DNA of 64,000 nucleotides from an uncultured bacterium (GTDB taxonomy: Bacteria; Bacteroidota; Rhodothermia; Balneolales; DATFMH01), in the NCBI GenBank assembly GCA_963783355.1, contig CAWANF010000001.1, positions 520,728 to 584,727 of the forward strand. The letters run 5' to 3'. Within the stretch, counting starts at the first letter, position 1. Each line of letters begins with the position of its first letter. The position numbers were made by a program, and so were the translations under genes. Positions 11,095 to 21,286 of this stretch are shown piece by piece. The notes beneath the pieces are model-generated. The model had not been told where the DNA came from. It was given only the letters and a program-made list of their open reading frames with translations, and made no database searches.

Positions 11095-12476
11095 TTCGAC
11101 GGTTGGAAAGTCCCGGGTTTGAAGTGAAATAATGCTGCAAATACGGCCAGTTTTTTGGGTCCTGTGAAAGCGGTATAAGCCGGGACGACCAAACCATTGT
11201 AGGCGCTGATTCCATTGTAATCACCAAAAAAGACCTTATTATTACTGGAGAATGGTTTTTGATTGATTTTGAAATTTTTGAATGTCTTGCCTCCGTCAAT
11301 ACTTCGGGCTAGTGTTAGCCCTGTTTCAGTACCGTTATAATCTCTTCGGTCATAAAATACAATGTTTATAGAACCATCGGCCGGATCGATGGCCATCCAT
11401 GTGAAATACTGGGCTTTGCCATTGCCTTTGGGATCATCATTTACCCGCACGGGTTTCGACCAGGTTTTTCCGTCATCCCTGGAATAGATACAAAAGACAT
11501 CCGGGTCTCCGAACCGGCGATCAACCCAATTCACATAAATACTGCCGCGGTATTTCCCGTGACTTCGATCTACGCCGGTCACCGGCATCCCGTTACAGCG
11601 GTCCAGGCCTTCGACAGGAAACGACCATCCGCCCACAACCTGAGCGATAACTTTATCCTTGCCGAAGGTCTTTCCGCCGTCTGAAGAACGTTTAAAAACA
11701 AGTCCTTTTGGTCCTGCCCAGGCTACATAAACCTGTCCGTCGGTACCGATGCCGGGAACAGCCCCTTCGACCGTGTTGCTGCTGTCACGGCAATCGCCGC
11801 CGGTATCTGAGATGCGTTTGGGCATGGAAAATGTTTTTCCGTTATCCGAAGAGCGGGAAAAAAATATTTGTGAAGAGTCCGCCGGATTTTTGCTGCCATA
11901 TTTATCGAAATGAGTCCAGGTGATGTATAAATGGTTCTTATAAGCAGAATTCGGATTATTATCAGCGACCGGGTAGGGCTTATCCTCAAATGGAAAATCT
12001 GTGTTGATATGATCTACAACAGGAACCGGATGCGACCATGTTTTACCATTGTTTTTAGTAGAGCTGACAAAAATCCCTGTCGATGCTTTGTCGGGATGGG
12101 GGCTGTAAATGCCCTGAAACGATATGAAACTGTGATAAGCCATGCCGTTAATTCCATAGGCAATGGCATCATCACCGTTTGTTCTGTGTTCCGGATTTTT
12201 AACCGGTACGGTAGACCAGGTTAAACCACCATCATCACTATAATAATTATAATTCGTTATTCCAGTTGATCCATCCGGGAATTTACGCTGCATGGATACC
12301 GCAACAATTTGCTTAGGATTTTTCGGATTGATGGATATTGAAATTTCGTTTGGATTCGCTGCCCCGGGTTTTGATATTCGAACGACTTTATTTGGAAATG
12401 ATTCCTGTGCCAGAATTGCCGGAGAATATCCCATACATATGATGGCAACGATAAAAAGAAATTTAATATGTTTCAT
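11091..12476 (-). CDS. Secreted BNR/Asp-box repeat protein (sialidase-superfamily beta-propeller)
   Basis: Six Asp-box motifs are present: SDDGGLTWS, STKNNGKTWS, SSDNGKTFS, SSDGGKTFG, SRDDGKTWS, SIDGGKTFK. I prefer the start at the ATG at 12476 (MKHIKFLFIVAIICMGYSPAILAQ, a signal peptide) over the track start at 12533, which overlaps a terminator. It has a 4-nt ATGA overlap with the GH3-family gene. Confidence 0.75.
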   Translation of the reverse strand: MKHIKFLFIVAIICMGYSPAILAQESFPNKVVRISKPGAANPNEISISINPKNPKQIVAVSMQRKFPDGSTGITNYNYYSDDGGLTWSTVPVKNPEHRTNGDDAIAYGINGMAYHSFISFQGIYSPHPDKASTGIFVSSTKNNGKTWSHPVPVVDHINTDFPFEDKPYPVADNNPNSAYKNHLYITWTHFDKYGSKNPADSSQIFFSRSSDNGKTFSMPKRISDTGGDCRDSSNTVEGAVPGIGTDGQVYVAWAGPKGLVFKRSSDGGKTFGKDKVIAQVVGGWSFPVEGLDRCNGMPVTGVDRSHGKYRGSIYVNWVDRRFGDPDVFCIYSRDDGKTWSKPVRVNDDPKGNGKAQYFTWMAIDPADGSINIVFYDRRDYNGTETGLTLARSIDGGKTFKNFKINQKPFSSNNKVFFGDYNGISAYNGLVVPAYTAFTGPKKLAVFAALFHFKPGTFQPSK

Positions 12477-12520
12477 AACCGGTGATTGATGAATGACGAT
12501 GCTTATGGCATCCCTAAAAT

Positions 12521-12554
12521 AAAAAAAGCCCATATTGAATATATGAGCTTTTTT
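12521..12554 (-). terminator. Terminator hairpin downstream of citrate synthase
   Basis: aaaaaaagc-c-catat tgaat atatg-a-gctttttt forms an A-run/T-run flanked stem with one mismatch, 15 nt after the stop at 12569. Confidence 0.5.
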
Positions 12555-12568
12555 GGAAATGCTTTTAT

Positions 12569-13729
12569 TTAACGTTTTTCAATCGGAACCCAGGGCAGGT
12601 TTTTGTCGGTAACATAAAGTGCCCGGGGACGGATCAGGCGATTGTTTTCATATTGTTCCAGGAAATGAGCAGTCCAACCGGAAATGCGGCTCATCGCAAA
12701 GATACAGGTATATAAATCCGGTTTAATCCCTAAAGAGTAGTAAACGGTTGCGGAAAAGAAATCGACATTTGGATCGATATTTTTTTCTTCTTTCATGATT
12801 TTGAGAATCATTTCCGACCATTCATACAAATATTCTTTACCAACTTCTTCAGCCAGGTCTTTAGCCATTCCACGGAGATGCCGGGCCCGGGGATCAAAGG
12901 TGCGGTACACACGATGTCCGAATCCCATAATCTTTTCCTTCCGCTCAAGTTTGCCTTTGATAAATGCGGCGATGTCGGAATCTTCATTTAATTCGAGCAG
13001 CATATTCATCACGGCTGTATTGGCTCCTCCATGCAAGGGGCCTTTCAGCGAGCCGATGGCACCTGTTATAGAAGAATACATATCGGAAAGCGTGGAACAG
13101 ATGGATCGTGCTGTAAAAGTGGAAGCGTTCATTCCATGCTCGGCATGGATTATCAGGCAAACGTCCATGATTTTTTCTGCATTTTTACCAGGCTTTTCTC
13201 CATTCAGCATGTATAGGAAATTGTATGCCGTACTTTCACCTGACAATGGTTCGACAATGGATAAATTCCGGCGATGGCTGATCGAAAGCGGCAATATAGC
13301 TGGTAATTTTGCGGTCAAACGTATGGCTTTACGCTTATTGGCTTCCAGCGTCTGTACATTCGATTCCTCGTCGAAATGAGCCAGCATGGAAACAGCGGTT
13401 CTGAGAACCGACATCGGTTCGGCATCAGTCGGAGCCGAGGTAATATAATTTATGACCGTTTCCGGTAACGGACGCTCGGCTATGAGTTGTTTCTTTAAGT
13501 CATTCAGTTCCTGCTGATTCGGCAAACGTTCATTCCAGAGTAAAAAACAAACTTCTTCAAAAGTGGCGTTGGGGGCAAGGTCATCAATATTGTACCCGGA
13601 ATAAATCAGTTCTCCCTTTTGTCCGTCAATAAAACTTTTATGCGTTGAAAAAGCGACAATCCCCTCAAGTCCCTTGTTAATGTATGGATATTCGCTTAAG
13701 TCAACGGAATCCTTAACTAAATCAGACAT
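12569..13729 (-). CDS. gltA: Citrate synthase
   Basis: 386 aa with the citrate synthase signature GFGHRVYRTFDPRA and a typical C-terminal LIRPRALY. Confidence 0.92.
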   Translation of the reverse strand: MSDLVKDSVDLSEYPYINKGLEGIVAFSTHKSFIDGQKGELIYSGYNIDDLAPNATFEEVCFLLWNERLPNQQELNDLKKQLIAERPLPETVINYITSAPTDAEPMSVLRTAVSMLAHFDEESNVQTLEANKRKAIRLTAKLPAILPLSISHRRNLSIVEPLSGESTAYNFLYMLNGEKPGKNAEKIMDVCLIIHAEHGMNASTFTARSICSTLSDMYSSITGAIGSLKGPLHGGANTAVMNMLLELNEDSDIAAFIKGKLERKEKIMGFGHRVYRTFDPRARHLRGMAKDLAEEVGKEYLYEWSEMILKIMKEEKNIDPNVDFFSATVYYSLGIKPDLYTCIFAMSRISGWTAHFLEQYENNRLIRPRALYVTDKNLPWVPIEKR

Positions 13730-13856
13730 TATTTGCTCCGTTGTAATCTATGTAATTCGTAAATGCTAAGTAGACTAATAATTTTAGAAGCGGAATATAC
13801 TACGGAATGAGGAAAAATTCAGATATTCCCGGACCAAAAAAGGAAGAAAGATAAAA

Positions 13857-14639
13857 TCAGGTTTCGAGTAATTTAGCCTCTTCCCAGTATTTATCCATTT
13901 CGGCCAGCGAGACATCCTTCATTGATAATCCTTTTTCTGATAATTTCTTCTCTATATACTGAAACCGGTACTGGAATTTTTTGTTGGTGAGCCGTAGGCC
14001 GTCTTCGGATTCAATGTCAAAGAAACGTCCGACATTGACCAGTGAAAACAGCAAGTCTCCGAATTCCTTTTTGCTTTCTTCTTTGTCATTTTCCTGGACT
14101 GCAGTTTTAAACTCATCGAGTTCTTCTTCCAGTTTCGACCATACATCTTCCCATTCCGGCCAGTCGAATCCGACACCGGCTGCCTTTTCCTGCATACGCT
14201 GAGCGCGAAGTAAGGAAGGAAGATTAGACGGAACCCCATCCAGAACCGAATTCCGGCCCTTTTCCTGCATTTTAATAGCTTCCCAGTTTTGAGAAACTTC
14301 CGTGCTGTTATTTACATGGACATCACCGAAAACGTGCGGATGGCGGCGAATCAGTTTTTCCTGGATTCCGTAAACGACATCATCAATATTGAAACGATCT
14401 TTTTCATCGGCCATCTCACTGTGGAAAACGACATGCAGGAGCAAATCTCCCAGCTCTTTCTTCAATTCGTCAAATTCCTGTTTATCTATCGCATCGATGG
14501 CTTCGTACACTTCTTCTACCATCAAATCTTTCAGGGATTCATGGGTTTGCTTGCGATCCCAGGGACATTCCTGCCTCAGGATTTTCATAATGTTTACGAG
14601 GTCGTCAAAAGAGGTTGTAGGCTTTATATCGTTATGCAT
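13857..14639 (-). CDS. mazG: MazG nucleoside triphosphate pyrophosphohydrolase
   Basis: 260 aa. It has LRQECPWDRKQTHESL...EEVYEAIDAI and a second EExxE/D module (LEEELDEF...FGDLLF), the tandem MazG architecture. Confidence 0.9.
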   Translation of the reverse strand: MHNDIKPTTSFDDLVNIMKILRQECPWDRKQTHESLKDLMVEEVYEAIDAIDKQEFDELKKELGDLLLHVVFHSEMADEKDRFNIDDVVYGIQEKLIRRHPHVFGDVHVNNSTEVSQNWEAIKMQEKGRNSVLDGVPSNLPSLLRAQRMQEKAAGVGFDWPEWEDVWSKLEEELDEFKTAVQENDKEESKKEFGDLLFSLVNVGRFFDIESEDGLRLTNKKFQYRFQYIEKKLSEKGLSMKDVSLAEMDKYWEEAKLLET

Positions 14640-14654
14640 GTGTTTTGAATAAAA

Positions 14655-15920
14655 TTAGTCGATGCGTTTCTTTTTCTTGGCTGCCGGAAATAAAATATTG
14701 TTCAAAATTAAACGATAGCCGGGGCTGTTGGGATGGAGGCTTAAGTCGGTTGGCGGATCCCCAACTCTATGCGTATAATCTTCCGGGTCGTGTCCGCCCA
14801 GGAAAGTAAAAGTACCTTTGCCGTAATTTCCATGAATATATTTTACTTCATCCCGGCCCGGAGATTCACCCAAAATAACCACATTGTCTTTAATCACTTC
14901 TTTTCTGAAAGCCGTGGTTTGTCCGTAGAATCCTTTGATGCTGCTTACCTGGTCCTGGGTCAGCATGGTCGGAACCGGGTCGTATTTTGCTGAAAACTTG
15001 AATAACGTGAAATAATCGATGGATTCATTGATATCATTCAGGTGATTGGGTACGTCGATATTGGAATGCCGGTATTCATTCGGATCCAAGTTCACCTTAA
15101 AATTGGTGAAGGCCAGGGTCTTGGAAAAATCAAGTTTTTTGTTGGCATTAGGATCCGGAGGATCGCCGTCGAATGGTGTTGGGACGATATCGTCATTCTG
15201 AGCGGCGAGTGCAATATCGAGTGTTTCGGTTGCGGAACACATGGCAAAGAGATACCCACCGTTACCCACAAATTTCTTGATAGCCCGGGCAACGGCTTTT
15301 TTTTCTTCGGAAACTTTCTTGAATCCAAGGCTGTGTGCCATAGCTTCATCGTCGTGCACTTCCTTGATGTACCATGGCTGATTGCGATAAGCTGCCCAGA
15401 ATTTTCCATACTGTCCCGTAAAATCTTCATGGTGAAGATGAAGCCAGTCAAAGTTTTTTAAATCCCCGGACAGGACTTCCCGATCCCATATTTTGGTATA
15501 GGGAACCTCGGCGTAGGTAAGGGCAAGGGTTACGGCATCATCCCATGGCATAGCCTGTTTTGGCGTATAAACGGCAATTTTTGGCGCTTTTACCAATGGC
15601 ATCACCGACATATTCACATCCGGACGATTGACTTCCTTCAGTATTTCATCTGCCGCTGATTCGCTTAATACTTTGAATGAAACTCCACGAATCCGGCATT
15701 TATTTTCAATTCCGTCACCGGTATCGGACATGAAACTGCCGCCCCGGTAATTCAGTAACCACTTTGCTTTGTAGCCATCCTTCAAATGATTGTAGATAAT
15801 ACCATATGCCTTCAAATGATTGGTTTGGGTCGCATCCATAGGAATCAGGATCTGTTGCGCCATCAAGGAACAGGGCAACAACAGTAACATCAGGAAAAGA
15901 AAAAATTTAATTGACTTCAT
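14655..15920 (-). CDS. Secreted conserved hypothetical protein (a family I recall being labelled 'asparagine synthetase B' in FCB genomes; function unknown)
   Basis: 421 aa with the signal peptide MKSIKFFLFLMLLLLPCSLMAQQ. The segment LFAMCSATETLD vaguely resembles a GATase1-like nucleophile elbow. A 4-nt overlap with the upstream TPR gene indicates operon membership. Confidence 0.4.
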   Translation of the reverse strand: MKSIKFFLFLMLLLLPCSLMAQQILIPMDATQTNHLKAYGIIYNHLKDGYKAKWLLNYRGGSFMSDTGDGIENKCRIRGVSFKVLSESAADEILKEVNRPDVNMSVMPLVKAPKIAVYTPKQAMPWDDAVTLALTYAEVPYTKIWDREVLSGDLKNFDWLHLHHEDFTGQYGKFWAAYRNQPWYIKEVHDDEAMAHSLGFKKVSEEKKAVARAIKKFVGNGGYLFAMCSATETLDIALAAQNDDIVPTPFDGDPPDPNANKKLDFSKTLAFTNFKVNLDPNEYRHSNIDVPNHLNDINESIDYFTLFKFSAKYDPVPTMLTQDQVSSIKGFYGQTTAFRKEVIKDNVVILGESPGRDEVKYIHGNYGKGTFTFLGGHDPEDYTHRVGDPPTDLSLHPNSPGYRLILNNILFPAAKKKKRID

Positions 15921-17896
15921 GAAGCATTATCCTGCTGCAGATTACGAATCCGGTTTCGTGCATATTCGGCATAAAATCCATTTGGATACTGAATTAACAA
16001 CGATTCGTATAATTTAATAATTTGCGGCTTTGCAGAAACTATTTCCAATATGCTGTTACGTGTTTTTTCATCCAGTGGTTTAATGTCCTTTTTTGTAAAG
16101 TAATCCGGAACATGGAAATGATATTCCGGATTGTGCAGCCTGGAAATTAGTTGTTTGTTATGATAGATTTGGTTAGCAAACTGGGCGTGTTCCCATATGA
16201 TTTGTTCGAGAAGCATTCCCGAACCTGAATTTAAATATCGGTCAGACAAAGAAAATGCAAGTATGGGATTCGTGTTTCTCAGCAATTTCAAAACAAAAAG
16301 CATCATATCATCTTTCAACGGCCGGGGATAAGGCGATTCTATATATGGAAGCAACGTGTCCACGGCTGCGGAGGTATCGCCCCGGCTGTTCAGGAGTTGT
16401 GCCTTTGAAAAAGCTTTCAGTTCCGTGGTTGTCGAATCCTTTATCTGTCCGTTTTGTATCCAGACCCTGAGTTGCAGGGCATTATTGGCATACAGTGAAG
16501 TACTGTTTTTTTCGAGTGCTTTGATTTGAATTTTCGCAAAGTCAAAATCGCCGGCATAAAAATCTGTCAGGCTCAAAAAATAGCGGGTTTTATCAGCCAT
16601 AGTTCCGGCATGTGCTATTTTATTACTGCGGGTAAAATAGACTCGTGCCCTTTCAAAATTTCCAGTAAATAACGCAATTCTTCCTCGCAGATAATTAATC
16701 ATCACCTGATTTTTTTTTGCATCAGGACTTTTTTCGAGTTGTTGAACGAACTGTTCTGCAGCCTTTACATTTTTAACATTATCGAGAGCCAGCTCCGCCT
16801 GCAGTGTCAAAACTGACGATATTCCGTCATAATTCGGATATTTTCGAATCAGATCATTGATAGTATGATATGCTTCGTGGTACAGGGAATCTGTTTTTTT
16901 GCCAAAATCGAGATGGTATTTGTCGTAAAATTTTGCCCATTTGATATCCAGCCGTGCGATTTCTTCCAGGCTTCGTGCCGCCATCGGATCATCCGGTTTA
17001 TTCACGTAGAAAGAAAAAGCCTGTCGTGCCAGCTTAAATTGATTCAGAGACTGCAATTTTAAACCCACCTGCAATACGGCATAGAAATGATTTCCCTCCA
17101 TATTTTCGAGTTTCTTGGCCGTATTGAGGGCTTTTTGATAAAAGCCGCGTTCGACGTAGAGCCAAATAAGGAAATGGCGCAGGGTCCGCTGGTAATCACT
17201 ATTCGATGTTCTGTTACTCTCTTCCTGTTCGACTTCAGAAATGGCTGAATCATACAGATATTGATCGTTATAACGCATTAGCTGATTTTCAATGAACCCG
17301 AGGCGGTCATTACCCTGTTTTAAAAGGTTAAGGTATTCTCCTATCGTTTTATCATAATCTCCGGCCTGTAAATAATTGGCCGCCATTTCGTAAATAAAGA
17401 GCTGGCCGTTGTGGAAGTATTTTCTGCCTTTCTTAAAGATATCCGTCGCTTTGCTATACTCTTGGTTTTGGCTAAGCGTTTCGGCCAGATATCGATAAGC
17501 CTGTACCTGCGATTTATTAGCATCGAGTGTATGCTCCCAGATTTCAAATGCCTGGGTAGTGTCTCCCTTCATATGGTATAACTCACCAAGCCTGGCCGCC
17601 ATAATCATGTTCTTGTAATTGCCGCCAATACGTTTTTTTGTAATGGCAATGGCCTCATCAAAATTTTTGAGATTTATCAGGCATCGGATGAGATGATCAT
17701 AAACAGGGTAGGAGTTCGGATTTTCCCGGTACAGATTGTTCAGAATAGAATACGCCTGCTGGTAGTTGCCATCCTGCATTAGTTGATTGGCACGCTGATA
17801 TTGCAGGCCGCTTTGAGCAAAGACGTTTCCGCATAAAAAAAATATGATGGCAAAAGCCCCTGATGAAAAGAAATATGAGAAACGCTTGTAAATCAT
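15917..17896 (-). CDS. Secreted tetratricopeptide (TPR) repeat protein
   Basis: 659 aa. It has a signal peptide (…FFLCGNVFAQS) and many TPR-like helical repeats (e.g. GNYQQAYSILNNLYRENPN, KNFDEAIAITKK). Confidence 0.7.
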   Translation of the reverse strand: MIYKRFSYFFSSGAFAIIFFLCGNVFAQSGLQYQRANQLMQDGNYQQAYSILNNLYRENPNSYPVYDHLIRCLINLKNFDEAIAITKKRIGGNYKNMIMAARLGELYHMKGDTTQAFEIWEHTLDANKSQVQAYRYLAETLSQNQEYSKATDIFKKGRKYFHNGQLFIYEMAANYLQAGDYDKTIGEYLNLLKQGNDRLGFIENQLMRYNDQYLYDSAISEVEQEESNRTSNSDYQRTLRHFLIWLYVERGFYQKALNTAKKLENMEGNHFYAVLQVGLKLQSLNQFKLARQAFSFYVNKPDDPMAARSLEEIARLDIKWAKFYDKYHLDFGKKTDSLYHEAYHTINDLIRKYPNYDGISSVLTLQAELALDNVKNVKAAEQFVQQLEKSPDAKKNQVMINYLRGRIALFTGNFERARVYFTRSNKIAHAGTMADKTRYFLSLTDFYAGDFDFAKIQIKALEKNSTSLYANNALQLRVWIQNGQIKDSTTTELKAFSKAQLLNSRGDTSAAVDTLLPYIESPYPRPLKDDMMLFVLKLLRNTNPILAFSLSDRYLNSGSGMLLEQIIWEHAQFANQIYHNKQLISRLHNPEYHFHVPDYFTKKDIKPLDEKTRNSILEIVSAKPQIIKLYESLLIQYPNGFYAEYARNRIRNLQQDNAS

Positions 17897-17898
17897 TC

Positions 17899-18519
17899 TC
17901 AGTTTTCAGATTTCAGAATACTGGCCCTCGGAAGAAACTCGGGAGCAAACAGCTTCAGTTTTTCGTAAAAACGATGTAAGGGAAAGCCCACGACATTATA
18001 ATAATCACCTTCAATTCTGGAAACGAAAAGGGATCCCCAGTCATCCTGAATACCATAAGCACCGGCTTTATCCATCGGGCTGCCGGTTTGAATGTAATCC
18101 CATATTTCCTGGTCGTCCAGCTCGGCAAAAGTGACCTTCGTGACTTCATGAAAAGTAAGCGATTTCGCGACCGTTTTATTTTCGTCTGTCTGCAACAGGC
18201 AAGCCCCGCTGTAGACCTCGTGGACATGCCCGCTTAATTTTTTAAGGAGGTGAAAAGCATCCGGCTCATCCATTGGCTTTCCAAGTATTTCATCATCATA
18301 TACAACAATGGTATCGGCTCCGATGGTCAATGCCGAAGCATAATTGGCAGCCACTTCCCGGGCTTTCATCAGGGCCAAATGTTCAACGATCGTTCCCGGA
18401 TCTAAGGACGGATCGAACTCTTCATCCACAGAACTTGGATGGATGATAAACGTAAGATTAATTTGAGAAAGCAGGTTCTTGCGCCTCGGACTTTGTGAAG
18501 CAAGTACGATTTGTTTCAC
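17899..18519 (-). CDS. maf: Maf-family nucleoside triphosphate pyrophosphatase (septum formation protein Maf)
   Basis: 206 aa. The N-terminus IVLASQSPRRKNLL and AGAYGIQD match the Maf family. Confidence 0.9.
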   Translation of the reverse strand: MKQIVLASQSPRRKNLLSQINLTFIIHPSSVDEEFDPSLDPGTIVEHLALMKAREVAANYASALTIGADTIVVYDDEILGKPMDEPDAFHLLKKLSGHVHEVYSGACLLQTDENKTVAKSLTFHEVTKVTFAELDDQEIWDYIQTGSPMDKAGAYGIQDDWGSLFVSRIEGDYYNVVGFPLHRFYEKLKLFAPEFLPRASILKSEN

Positions 18520-18799
18520 TGTTGTGTTTTTTTGATGGTTTATAATGTCGTAATAATGAGCGTTAAAGCCATAACTTAACTTTTAAATCAGAAGCTAACA
18601 AACCAACTTATTCATTATAATTTTTGATATTAGCCGTTTTTGTTAACAGATTGTGAAATATTTCAGTAAAATTGAATCACCGGTTAAAAGGCAGTATAAT
18701 TCTTATCCAATACGGTCGTTTTCAGTTTGAATATTAAACCGTAAATTCTTACTGAAGTAAAATTCGGACATCCTATTAATGTGAATAATAAAACAGTAC

Positions 18800-19075
18800 A
18801 TGAAAGAGAAAAATAAAAGGAAAAAAACGGTAAAACAGTCTTCCAACCAGGAAATGTTATTTGATGCCGATAACTATAAACTCATCGGTTTGGGTATCGT
18901 CCTGATTATCATTGGTTTTACTGCAATGTATCTCGATAAAAATGTCTTCGGATTTATCACGATGTATATTTCTCCGGTCGTCATCCTTGCTGGTTTTGCA
19001 GAAATCATCTACGCGATAATGAAACCGTCGAAAAATCATAATAACGAAAATTCATCGAAACTAACGGCTAACTGA
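18800..19075 (+). CDS. DUF3098-like small membrane protein
   Basis: 91 aa. A basic N-terminus is followed by two TM helices (NYKLIGLGIVLIIIGFTAMY...; ISPVVILAGFAEIIYAI), the pattern of Bacteroidetes DUF3098 proteins. Confidence 0.6.
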   Translation: MKEKNKRKKTVKQSSNQEMLFDADNYKLIGLGIVLIIIGFTAMYLDKNVFGFITMYISPVVILAGFAEIIYAIMKPSKNHNNENSSKLTAN

Positions 19076-19080
19076 AGCTT

Positions 19081-19908
19081 TTGGACAGACTTGGTAATTA
19101 TTTATTTTCGTTCGTTCTCCTGATTTTATTTGTCCTGTTTGCAACGGGTGAGGAGCAGTTGCGTATTATAATTGCCATTTTTGCGGCCATTCTTATTGGT
19201 GTCCTTGCATTTTTTTTTCGCTGGCTTACTCTCGACGGCACCAAATCGGCTATTGTCCTGGGTGCTTTCACCTATGGATTGGGAGGGCTGGATGCTTCGC
19301 TGATATTAATCCTGTTTTTCATAACTGGCAGCTGGCTATCTAAACTGAACAATTATAAAGTCCGGCGTAAAGATTATAATAATGTGTATGATACGCGCCG
19401 TGACGGGCTGCAGGTCTGGGCCAATGGATTTTGGTTTACTGTTTTTCTGATAATCCATTTCATTTTTCATTCCGATATCTGGATGATTGCTGCAATTGCA
19501 TCACTGGCCGTTGCTACTTCCGATACGTGGGCTACTGAAGTAGGGGTGTTGACGAACACCGGTAAAACCGTATTGATTACCAGTTTTCAACCCGTAATTG
19601 CCGGAGTCGATGGCGGCATCAGCATTACCGGTACCCTGGCGGCGATGATGGGAAGTACGCTCATTGCTGCTGTGTATATGGCCTTTTCCCCGGATCACAA
19701 TGTGATAGAATTTATTCTGTTATCCGTTTCCGGTTTTCTAGGTTGTCTGTTCGATTCCTATCTTGGCGCCATTTTCCAGTACAATCATAAATCATTTCAT
19801 ATTCCGCTTAGTAAAAATAATCGTGTCCTGGTGGGAAATAATTTTGTGAATTGGTCAGCTATTGGTTTTGGAGCCATCGTGGTGATTTTGCTTAAAAATT
19901 TCTTTTAA
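19081..19908 (+). CDS. DUF92/TMEM19-family integral membrane protein
   Basis: 275 aa with a TTG start, polytopic. Motifs ...GSWLSKL...RRDGLQVWANG... and ATSDTWATEVG are typical of DUF92 (TIGR00297). Confidence 0.65.
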   Translation: MDRLGNYLFSFVLLILFVLFATGEEQLRIIIAIFAAILIGVLAFFFRWLTLDGTKSAIVLGAFTYGLGGLDASLILILFFITGSWLSKLNNYKVRRKDYNNVYDTRRDGLQVWANGFWFTVFLIIHFIFHSDIWMIAAIASLAVATSDTWATEVGVLTNTGKTVLITSFQPVIAGVDGGISITGTLAAMMGSTLIAAVYMAFSPDHNVIEFILLSVSGFLGCLFDSYLGAIFQYNHKSFHIPLSKNNRVLVGNNFVNWSAIGFGAIVVILLKNFF

Positions 19909-19923
19909 AATAAGAGAGGATTT

Positions 19924-21225
19924 ATGGTTTGGTATAAGAAACTGCACTGGCAGATTATAATTGGTTTGTTTTTAGGTTTATTGTGGGGATTACTGTCTAG
20001 CCAGATCGGTTTTGGACATTTTACCGATAACTGGATTAAGCCTTTCGGTACGATATTCGTCCGTTTGCTCGAGCTCATTGCCGTGCCCCTGGTTTTGACC
20101 TCGCTCATCGTCGGTATTACCAGCCTGAGCGATATCCGCAAATTATCCCGGATGGGAACCAAAACCATCGCTATTTACCTGGTGACGACAGTCTGTGCCA
20201 TTACCATCGGTTTAATCATGGTCAACCTCATCCAACCGGGAAAAGTACTGCCGCAGCAAACCAGGGAGCAGTTAATGGCCAGCTATAAAGATAATGTAAG
20301 TGCAAGAGATCAGTCGGCAGAATCAGTTATGAACCGAGGCCCGCTGGCACCGCTTGTTGATATAGTACCGAAAAACTTCTTTTCTGCCGCCGCCGACAAT
20401 GGAGAAATGCTGCAGGTTGTTTTTGTAGCTATTCTCATTGGCATCGGCCTGATCCAGATATCAAAAGAAAAAAGTAAAGTGATCATCGATATTGTGGATG
20501 GGTTTAATGACGTGATAATCAAAATTGTCGATTACATCATGTTGCTGGCACCCTATGGTGTCTTCGCCCTCATGGCAGCTTTAATCGTTGATTTGGGCGG
20601 CAATGATTTAGGTAAGGCTATGAGTTTGCTGTATGCATTAGGATGGTATATGCTAACTGTAATAATCGGATTGCTCATCCATCTGACGGTTGTGTACCAG
20701 GGCTTATTCAAAATATTCAGCAAAATGAAATTTCGGGATTTTCTGCGCGGAATCCGTCCCGCCATGTTGCTGGGTTTCAGTACGAGTTCCAGTGTCGCAA
20801 CATTGCCGGTAACGATGGAACGGGTTCAGAATAACCTCGGAGTTCACGAAGAAGTGGCAAGTTTTGTTTTACCGGTTGGTGCAACGGTGAATATGGACGG
20901 CACGAGCTTGTATCAGGCCGTAGCTGCCGTATTTATCGCACAGGCATTGGGATTAGGACTGGATATTTATTCTCAGATTACCATTGTTGTTACGGCTACA
21001 TTAGCTTCTATCGGGGCAGCGGGCGTTCCGGGAGCCGGGATCATTATGCTGGTTATCGTTTTAAAAGCCATTCATGTTCCGGTTGAGGGTATCGGTTTGA
21101 TTCTGGGAGTCGACCGTATTCTGGATATGCTCAGGACAACGGTGAATATAACCGGGGATGCAGCGGTTTCTGTGGCAGTAGCCAGTTCCGAAGGGCAGCT
21201 CGGCGATATACATTTTGATGAATAG
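19924..21225 (+). CDS. Dicarboxylate/amino acid:cation symporter (DAACS family)
   Basis: 433 aa. Family motifs are GFSTSSSVATLP and VGATVNMDGTSLYQ. Confidence 0.9.
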   Translation: MVWYKKLHWQIIIGLFLGLLWGLLSSQIGFGHFTDNWIKPFGTIFVRLLELIAVPLVLTSLIVGITSLSDIRKLSRMGTKTIAIYLVTTVCAITIGLIMVNLIQPGKVLPQQTREQLMASYKDNVSARDQSAESVMNRGPLAPLVDIVPKNFFSAAADNGEMLQVVFVAILIGIGLIQISKEKSKVIIDIVDGFNDVIIKIVDYIMLLAPYGVFALMAALIVDLGGNDLGKAMSLLYALGWYMLTVIIGLLIHLTVVYQGLFKIFSKMKFRDFLRGIRPAMLLGFSTSSSVATLPVTMERVQNNLGVHEEVASFVLPVGATVNMDGTSLYQAVAAVFIAQALGLGLDIYSQITIVVTATLASIGAAGVPGAGIIMLVIVLKAIHVPVEGIGLILGVDRILDMLRTTVNITGDAAVSVAVASSEGQLGDIHFDE

Positions 21226-21286
21226 AGATTTGCAGGAATGAATTACAGGTTTTAAGCGTTATCGATCAATAATTTTTGCTAAATAA

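Noticed and set aside
12477-12533. The 19-codon N-terminal extension of the BNR-repeat ORF.
   Set aside because: It overlaps the citrate synthase terminator hairpin. The internal ATG at 12476 gives a textbook signal peptide.
19905-20168. An 87-aa minus-strand ORF overlapping the 5' end of the DAACS transporter gene.
   Set aside because: It is antisense to a well-supported transporter gene and has no motifs or start context.
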